DNA from: an uncultured bacterium | GTDB taxonomy: Bacteria; Hydrogenedentota; Hydrogenedentia; Hydrogenedentales; JAEUWI01 | Assembly (NCBI GenBank): GCA_963977445.1 | Contig: CAXBPH010000017.1 | Coordinates: forward strand, 1-43,225 | Direction of reading: 5' to 3' | Length of the DNA: 43,225 nt | Shown: positions 37,428 through 43,225 of the stretch, piece by piece | Layout of the letters: each line of letters opens with the position of its first letter | Position numbering within the stretch: position 1 is the stretch's first letter | The notes under the pieces: model-generated | The model's database searches: none | Told to the model about the DNA's origin: nothing | What the model saw: the letters and a program-made list of their open reading frames with translations, nothing else | Position numbers and translations under genes: made by a program

Positions 37428-37602
37428 TAAGCGAAGATGCATCTCGGACTTTCTCCAAGTTATTTGGTTTCCAGCTTCCAGACTTGGAGCTTGGGAGCGC
37501 AGGCGGCTCGCCTGCATTACGTCGAAGACGTAAAACGACGTGCCTTCGGCCCGGGGCAGGCGGGCGGCCCACCTAAGGCCCGTCCGAGACCTGCGCTCCC
37601 AA
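37428..37602. repeat. Dispersed palindromic (REP/MITE-like) repeat, copy B
   Basis: Homologous to 5037-5163; also has a perfect 13-bp inverted repeat TTGGGAGCGCAGG (37491-37503) / CCTGCGCTCCCAA (37590-37602). Confidence 0.75.
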
Positions 37603-38074
37603 TGGTCAAGGGCTACTTTTCAGGCGATAGTGGTTAAGCTGCCGGCGGGTTGGCCTTTTGTAGGAACTTCTTTAAGTAAGCGTCATGCGAAGTCTGACGC
37701 CAATCCACACGGATACATCCGGGCCCGGACAGATTCAATTGTACTGCCTCCCACGGGAATGCCCCTTTCTGCCTGCTTGCAGCGCTTCGCCGTTCATTGT
37801 ATTGTGCTCTTTATCCTGTAAATCGCTATAGGACAACGGGTTAGTGTTTTCTGTTCGGTCGTGACAATCGAGCATGGGGCTGGTTGGTGGTGCGGTGTGG
37901 CCGCAGCGGCCAAGGCTTGAATTTCGCATGATCTGACGGTCATATGCTATTATCCGGGATTGTACAGACCTCTCGTTGGCCCGAATCGCGGTGCATATCG
38001 GCCCGCCTTCGGGACTTCTGCTTGACGTCGGACCCGTTCCTGGTTGGTCCGCACAGCCCTGGAAAGAACGTGGC

Positions 38075-38926
38075 ATGAATCCTATGATCCGGCAGACCAT
38101 TGCCGCCGCGCTGGCCGAAGATTTGGGCCAGGGTGATATCACGAGTACCAGCCTGGTGCCCTCGGACGCCCGGTGTACCGCGCGCCTTATTGCAAAGCAA
38201 CCGGGCATACTGAGTGGTATCGCGGTCTATGAGTCGGTGTTTCTGGCGCTGGAGGTGGAGATGACGGACTGGACCGGTGGCGCGGATGGCGATGCATTGG
38301 AGCCGGGTGACGTTGTGGCGAGTTTCGTCGGGCGCACCCAGGCCGTCTTGTCGGGTGAGCGTACGGCCTTGAATTTTTTGCAGCATTTGTCCGGTATTGC
38401 AACCCTGACCCGGACCTATAGCGATGCCATCGGGGACGTGGACTGCAGGCTCTGCGACACCCGTAAGACGACGCCCTTGCTGCGTCCCCTGGAAAAGGCG
38501 GCCGTAGTTCATGGTGGCGGGACAAATCACCGCTATAATCTGGCAGACGGCATACTCATTAAAGAAAACCATATTGCGGCGGCGGGTGGCATTGAAACGG
38601 CCATTACCCGAGCCCGGGCCGGCGCCCACCACCTGATGAAGGTGGAGATAGAAGTTCGGGATCTCGACGAGCTTCGCCAGGCCCTGGTCGCTGAAGCCGA
38701 TGTGGTGATGTTGGACAATATGGACAACGAAATGATGGCGACGGCGGTGGCCCTCAATAAAGAATTGACCGGGGGGCGGACGGTGCTGGAAGCGAGCGGC
38801 AATGTGTCGCTGACGCGGATTCGGGCCATGGCGGAGACGGGGGTGGATGTGATTTCGGTCGGTGCCTTGACCCACTCGGCACCGTCACTGGATTTTTCGC
38901 TGCTGATTACGCCCCTCGAGGCGTGA
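38075..38926 (+). CDS. nadC: Nicotinate-nucleotide pyrophosphorylase (carboxylating)
   Basis: AEDLGQGDITS, ERTALNFLQHLSGIAT, DTRKTTP, HRYNLADGILIKENH, EIEV, MLDNM, EASGNV, ISVGALTHS. Confidence 0.97.
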   Translation: MNPMIRQTIAAALAEDLGQGDITSTSLVPSDARCTARLIAKQPGILSGIAVYESVFLALEVEMTDWTGGADGDALEPGDVVASFVGRTQAVLSGERTALNFLQHLSGIATLTRTYSDAIGDVDCRLCDTRKTTPLLRPLEKAAVVHGGGTNHRYNLADGILIKENHIAAAGGIETAITRARAGAHHLMKVEIEVRDLDELRQALVAEADVVMLDNMDNEMMATAVALNKELTGGRTVLEASGNVSLTRIRAMAETGVDVISVGALTHSAPSLDFSLLITPLEA

Positions 38927-38965
38927 ATAAACCAACCCCGGACACGTCTGGTGGGATAAATTGGC

Positions 38966-39742
38966 ATGTTACTCGTAATTGATGTAGGCAATTCCCATAC
39001 CGTTTTGGGTCTATACCAGGACGATACCCTGCAGGGTCATTGGCGTGTGGTAACGAACAACTACCGCACCGGTGACGAGCTGCGCATATTATTCTCCATG
39101 CTCTTGCAGGGAGAAGGGGTGCGAACGGAAGCGATTACGGGCTGCTGTATTTCGAGTGTGGTTCCCCAGTTGAACATGGCATTACACGAGGTGTGCCAGA
39201 CGGCGTTTGGCCTGACCCCGCTTATGGTGGGGCCGGGGATAAAGACGGGCTTGCAGCTTCAATGCGACAACCCCAAAGAAGTCGGTGCCGACCGCATTGT
39301 AAACGCGGTGGGGGCCATTGAGGCACACGAGGGCGCGCTCATCATTATTGATTTTGGCACCGCCACGACCTTTGATGCTGTGACGGAGAAGGCGGAGTGG
39401 CGCGGTGGTGCTATCGTGCCGGGCGTGCAATTATCAGCCGAGGCCCTCTTTGAACACTGCGCCAAGTTACCCCGTGTGGAACTGAGCCGTCCGGACCATG
39501 CGATTGGCCGCGATACGGCAAGTAATATTCGCTCGGGCATCATTTTTGGCTATGCCGATTTGGTGGACGGGCTGGTGCGACGTTTTGGTGAAGAAATGGG
39601 CGGATCGCCCAAGGTTATCGCGACGGGCGGCCTGGCTTCGCTCATCGCCGACGTGGGTACGTCTATTGACGTAATTGATCCCATGTTGACGCTGAAAGGG
39701 CTCAAAGCCGTCTATCGTCGGAACCAGAGGTCGGCATCGTGA
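38966..39742 (+). CDS. coaX: Type III pantothenate kinase
   Basis: IDVGNSHT, SSVVP, EVGADR, IDFGTATT, GGAIVPG, ATGG, LTLKGL. Confidence 0.97.
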   Translation: MLLVIDVGNSHTVLGLYQDDTLQGHWRVVTNNYRTGDELRILFSMLLQGEGVRTEAITGCCISSVVPQLNMALHEVCQTAFGLTPLMVGPGIKTGLQLQCDNPKEVGADRIVNAVGAIEAHEGALIIIDFGTATTFDAVTEKAEWRGGAIVPGVQLSAEALFEHCAKLPRVELSRPDHAIGRDTASNIRSGIIFGYADLVDGLVRRFGEEMGGSPKVIATGGLASLIADVGTSIDVIDPMLTLKGLKAVYRRNQRSAS

Positions 39743-40338
39743 AGTATTTCATCCTTAGTATCGGCCTGCTCAGCATTCTGGCCGGATGTACTGCGGAGCC
39801 TATGCCGGGCGCAACGCCGGAAAGCGAAGAATCGCCCCCATCTGCGGGCGACGTGCCGGAAGATGTGATGGAGAACATTCGCATGGACCTGTGGCCGTCG
39901 AACGAAGCACCCCGTCAGGGCCAGAAACCCGTGCTTTCGATTAGTGCACGCCGATTTATGGGTTCCGTCGGTTCCGGCAATGAGTGGTCCTTTGAAGATG
40001 CCCAGGCCGAGGCGCCTGCTCAGGATGACGAACACACCGCGATACGATTTGAAGCGGCCCGTGGCGTGTTTCGCGAAGACGAGCGGGCCGTTCTCGAAGG
40101 TGGTGTGACCGCCTACTTGAACGATATGATCATACACTTGGAAGACATCGTCTGGGAGATCAACGTGGCCAATGGGGCGACATCTTCGGGGGGCCGGGCC
40201 TATAGCGATCACCCCGTGCACATTGAAAGCCCTACCCAGCAGCTGGACGCATCCAGTTTGACCATTGACCCCGCGACGGCAACCTTTGAACTTACCGACG
40301 TATCCGGGGAAATCCATTTTGGAGGTATTAAGCAATGA
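39739..40338 (+). CDS. LptC-like LPS export protein (divergent, lipobox-like N-terminus)
   Basis: Sits before lptA-like and lptB; jellyroll-like strands (FEAARGVF, VLEGGV, SDHPVHI); LAGC lipobox. Confidence 0.6.
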   Translation: MKYFILSIGLLSILAGCTAEPMPGATPESEESPPSAGDVPEDVMENIRMDLWPSNEAPRQGQKPVLSISARRFMGSVGSGNEWSFEDAQAEAPAQDDEHTAIRFEAARGVFREDERAVLEGGVTAYLNDMIIHLEDIVWEINVANGATSSGGRAYSDHPVHIESPTQQLDASSLTIDPATATFELTDVSGEIHFGGIKQ

Positions 40339-41216
40339 AGCATTTGATTCTAAGTGCAATTCTATTGGTCATTCTGACGCCATTCAGCTATGCCCAGGGT
40401 GGTGCCGAGGGCTATGACATGATGTCGGTGAGGGCGGGGAAGATGGTGGGAAATTTTAATACGGGTCAGATGGACAGTCTCACCGGAGGCGCGAATATCG
40501 TGTTGAAGGCGAGCGACAGCAGCCAACCCGATATGCCGATTAAGGCCACTTCCATTACCTTTACCTGGAAAGCAGGTCAAACGATGCCGGCCGTAATTAA
40601 GATGGAAGGCAATGTGGATATCCGCCATCCCGACGCGAAGATTACGGCTCAGCGCGCTGATTGGAATCTGGAAAGTGGTGATCTGGTTTTTACAGGAAGT
40701 CCCGTGATGGATTCGCCGGCACTGAAGGGCCTGCGGGCCAGCAAAATCAGCATTAACCTGACTACAGGGGCCTATGAGATCGAACAGGGTGAGGCCGATG
40801 GCGTACCCCTCCAGGGCATGGGCGGCGACGGCGGCGGTGGCTCCGTTCCCGGTGAGCTCAGCGACGGGGATGTGACGGATTGGACCGGACTCATTGATAC
40901 GCTCAAGAGTCAAGGGAAGGCCGACGGTGAAAATCCCGGTAAGCAGATACTCCAACAGTTGGATGACAAGACCCGAGGTCTCCTGGAAACGATTGACACG
41001 GCGGCACTCGTTTCCAACAAAGGCGATTTGTTGAAGAAAATCAATGGTGTCGTTCGTCGTCCTGGTATGTTCAAGCGGAGCGCCTGGGAGGGTATTACCC
41101 TGACCGACGAAACGGAGGCCCTGATCGCCAAAAAAGATCAGACCCCAGCGGAGCAGGTGCGACAGAATCGCCTGGTCTTGAATGCCGCCTATCCAAACTT
41201 GATTGCTGCACCGTAA
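40335..41216 (+). CDS. LptA/OstA-like protein with a C-terminal extension
   Basis: Signal peptide (..SYA-Q); MEGNVDI, ITAQRADW, LVFTGSP, ASKISI; directly upstream of lptB. Confidence 0.7.
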   Translation: MKHLILSAILLVILTPFSYAQGGAEGYDMMSVRAGKMVGNFNTGQMDSLTGGANIVLKASDSSQPDMPIKATSITFTWKAGQTMPAVIKMEGNVDIRHPDAKITAQRADWNLESGDLVFTGSPVMDSPALKGLRASKISINLTTGAYEIEQGEADGVPLQGMGGDGGGGSVPGELSDGDVTDWTGLIDTLKSQGKADGENPGKQILQQLDDKTRGLLETIDTAALVSNKGDLLKKINGVVRRPGMFKRSAWEGITLTDETEALIAKKDQTPAEQVRQNRLVLNAAYPNLIAAP

Positions 41217-41236
41217 TTCCCACCCTGTACGAGGAT

Positions 41237-41986
41237 ATGGACGTGTCGAAACGCAAGAACGCTTTGCTGTATACCGACGGCCTGGAAAAATCTTTCAAAA
41301 AGCGAAAGGTGGTCCGGGGGGTTTCTATTGCCGTGAATCCTGGCGAAGTCGTGGGCCTGCTGGGTCCCAACGGGGCCGGTAAGACGACAACCTTCAGCAT
41401 GACCGTGGGGCTGCTACGTCCAGACAGTGGCACGATTCATTATGACGGAAAAGACGTCACGCGCTTGCCCATGTACCAGCGGGCTCAGCTTGGGATTGCC
41501 TATCTTCCCCAGGAGCCCTCGGTGTTCCGGCAGCTCACCGTTCGGCAAAATGTCCTCGCAATCCTGGAGTACCAGAAGCTGACAAAAAGGGAGCGTGAGG
41601 GCCGTGCCGATGCCTTGCTCGATGAGCTCAATATCTCACACCTCGCCGATAGTCCGGCCTACACCCTTTCCGGTGGCGAGCGCCGTCGCACGGAAATTGC
41701 CCGTGCCCTCGTCACCAACCCGAAGGTATTCCTGTTGGATGAGCCTTTTGCGGGGATTGACCCGATAGCCGTGGCCGATCTACAGGATATGATGGCCCAG
41801 TTGAAGGAAAAGGGCATCGGCGTGTTGATTACCGATCACAATGTGCGGGAAACCCTGGGCATATCGGATCGGGCCTATATTATTATTGAGGGGCAGGTCC
41901 AGGTATCGGGGACCCCCGAGGATATTGCGAAGGATCCCACAGCGCGAAAGTATTATCTGGGCGAGCGTTTCCAGATGACGTCTTGA
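41237..41986 (+). CDS. lptB: LPS export ABC transporter ATP-binding protein
   Basis: GPNGAGKTT, YLPQEPSVF, LSGGERRR, LLDEPFAGIDP, ITDHNVRETL, YLGERF. Confidence 0.97.
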   Translation: MDVSKRKNALLYTDGLEKSFKKRKVVRGVSIAVNPGEVVGLLGPNGAGKTTTFSMTVGLLRPDSGTIHYDGKDVTRLPMYQRAQLGIAYLPQEPSVFRQLTVRQNVLAILEYQKLTKREREGRADALLDELNISHLADSPAYTLSGGERRRTEIARALVTNPKVFLLDEPFAGIDPIAVADLQDMMAQLKEKGIGVLITDHNVRETLGISDRAYIIIEGQVQVSGTPEDIAKDPTARKYYLGERFQMTS

Positions 41987-42043
41987 GGGCTTCTCGCAGT
42001 CTCTTCGCGCGAATTGGCGTACCAATAGAGACGTACTCCACCA

Positions 42044-42271
42044 GGAAAAACTGAACCCAGCACATGTGCCGCGCGATCCGGTATTCCCGGTTCGTGCGTG
42101 AGTCGGGGGCCGAGATCGCGTCTCCGCATCAAGGCCGACCTCATGCACCATGTACTATTCTAAATGACATCTCGAAGACTTCCCTGCTCCTCGTAGTCCC
42201 CACGGACTTCCCAAAGTCCCTTCGCACGAACCCTCGTACCTCGGGATCGCGCGGCACGTCCATGTTTTTCC
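42044..42271. repeat. Long imperfect inverted-repeat element (MITE-like or structured RNA)
   Basis: Nested inverted repeats 42044-51/42264-71 (8 bp), 42066-79/42244-57 (14 bp) and 42089-98/42223-32 (10 bp), between convergent genes. Confidence 0.7.
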
Positions 42272-42340
42272 GTTTATTTACAAAAAGATACGTGGTGCCA
42301 TGTTTCGGACGACCCAATTTTGCCTTCGGGCCCTGACGTC

Positions 42341-43225
42341 TTATTTTTTCGTGTCTTCGTCACCCGCTACACGATCGACCACATAGACGGGGCGGCATTT
42401 CACCTCGTCGTATATCCGGGCGATGTATTCCCCGAGCAGTCCCACGCCAAAGAGATTGATGCCCCCCAGAAATGATGTGGCGATTAATATGCTCGAAGAA
42501 GCACCAAGATCGTGGCCCATGAATTTATTGCCCAAGGCGTAGAGCACGAGCAACACCGACAGGCCAATGCTCAGGACGCCGGCAATGCGGAAGACAAAGA
42601 GGGGCACGTAGGAAAAAGAAAAGACGGCATTCATACCCAGAGTCCACAGGCCCCGAATGCCGACGCGGGTGGAAGAGTCATAGCGGGCGCGGCGCGGTAC
42701 GGCCACCCCGGCCTGGCGGAAACCCACCCAGGCGCGAAGCCCGGGCAGATAGCGATTGCGCTCGGGGAGTTGATTGAGCTGGGCCACGACCCGCCGGTCC
42801 ATGAGGCCAAAGTTGCCGGCATCCATGGGGGATTTTGTATCGGCTATCCAGGCGAATACCCGATAGAAACACCAGAAGATGCCCCGGCTGATGGGGTTTT
42901 CTTCCCGGGAAGCGCGCTCTACATAAACAACGTCGAATCCCTTTTTCCACGTTTCCAGCAGGGGCGCGAAGGCAACGGGGTCATCCTGATAATCGGCATC
43001 CATCAGGATGACGGCATCGCCCTGGGCATGGTCCAATCCTGCGGCGACGGCAGGCCCGTGGCCAAAATTCCGTGCCAGGTGTACAACGCGTAGTTCACCG
43101 GGGTACTTCACGGCGAGCTGGTCCAGCAGGGCCGCGCTGCCATCGGTGCTGCCGTCGTTTACCAGGACGATTTCAAAGCGGCCGGGCTGATCCAGGGCCG
43201 TCAGGTGCTCATAGACTTCCTGAAC
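42341..43225 (-). CDS. Glycosyltransferase family 2 (GtrB/ArnC-like polyprenol-phosphate glycosyltransferase), 5' end outside the window
   Basis: Frame open to the window edge (..EIVLVNDGSTD..); RNFGH, MDADYQDDP, FGLMDRRVV, two C-terminal TMs, GEYIARIYDEVK. Confidence 0.93.
   Translation of the reverse strand, partial: VQEVYEHLTALDQPGRFEIVLVNDGSTDGSAALLDQLAVKYPGELRVVHLARNFGHGPAVAAGLDHAQGDAVILMDADYQDDPVAFAPLLETWKKGFDVVYVERASREENPISRGIFWCFYRVFAWIADTKSPMDAGNFGLMDRRVVAQLNQLPERNRYLPGLRAWVGFRQAGVAVPRRARYDSSTRVGIRGLWTLGMNAVFSFSYVPLFVFRIAGVLSIGLSVLLVLYALGNKFMGHDLGASSSILIATSFLGGINLFGVGLLGEYIARIYDEVKCRPVYVVDRVAGDEDTKK

Noticed and set aside
37640..38074. ORF or riboswitch upstream of nadC
   Set aside because: No recognisable aptamer; the N-terminal extension of the nadC ORF from 37976 does not resemble NadC

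Overview
GC-rich chromosomal window from a diderm bacterium. The (GE)n linkers and giant EF-hand/beta-helix surface proteins resemble what I recall of Ca. Hydrogenedentes, but this is unverified. There are about 23 CDS, in order: ECF sigma / zinc anti-sigma / DUF4097 cluster, Zn-ribbon protein, thuA-like gene, extremely acidic protein, tricorn protease, membrane HEXXH protein, octaheme cytochrome-HEAT-TPR protein, a small ORF, hisS, two tandem giant secreted proteins, MFS transporter, BI-1/YccA protein, sulfotransferase, a conserved hypothetical, PAS histidine kinase, trypsin-like protease, nadC-coaX-lptCAB, and a 5'-truncated GT2. I saw no rRNA, tRNA, CRISPR array or transposase. Best leads: (1) both giant proteins end in a shared Cys-containing tail (CAP..G..LWSDLLL-TM-GR), a candidate new protein-sorting signal; (2) two promoter-driven short structured RNAs with CUUCCUU anti-SD motifs; (3) a dispersed hairpin repeat sitting directly behind two unrelated accessory genes; (4) an Asp-rich protein with three FSFD motifs. 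All calls come from reading the sequence by eye; no searches were run.
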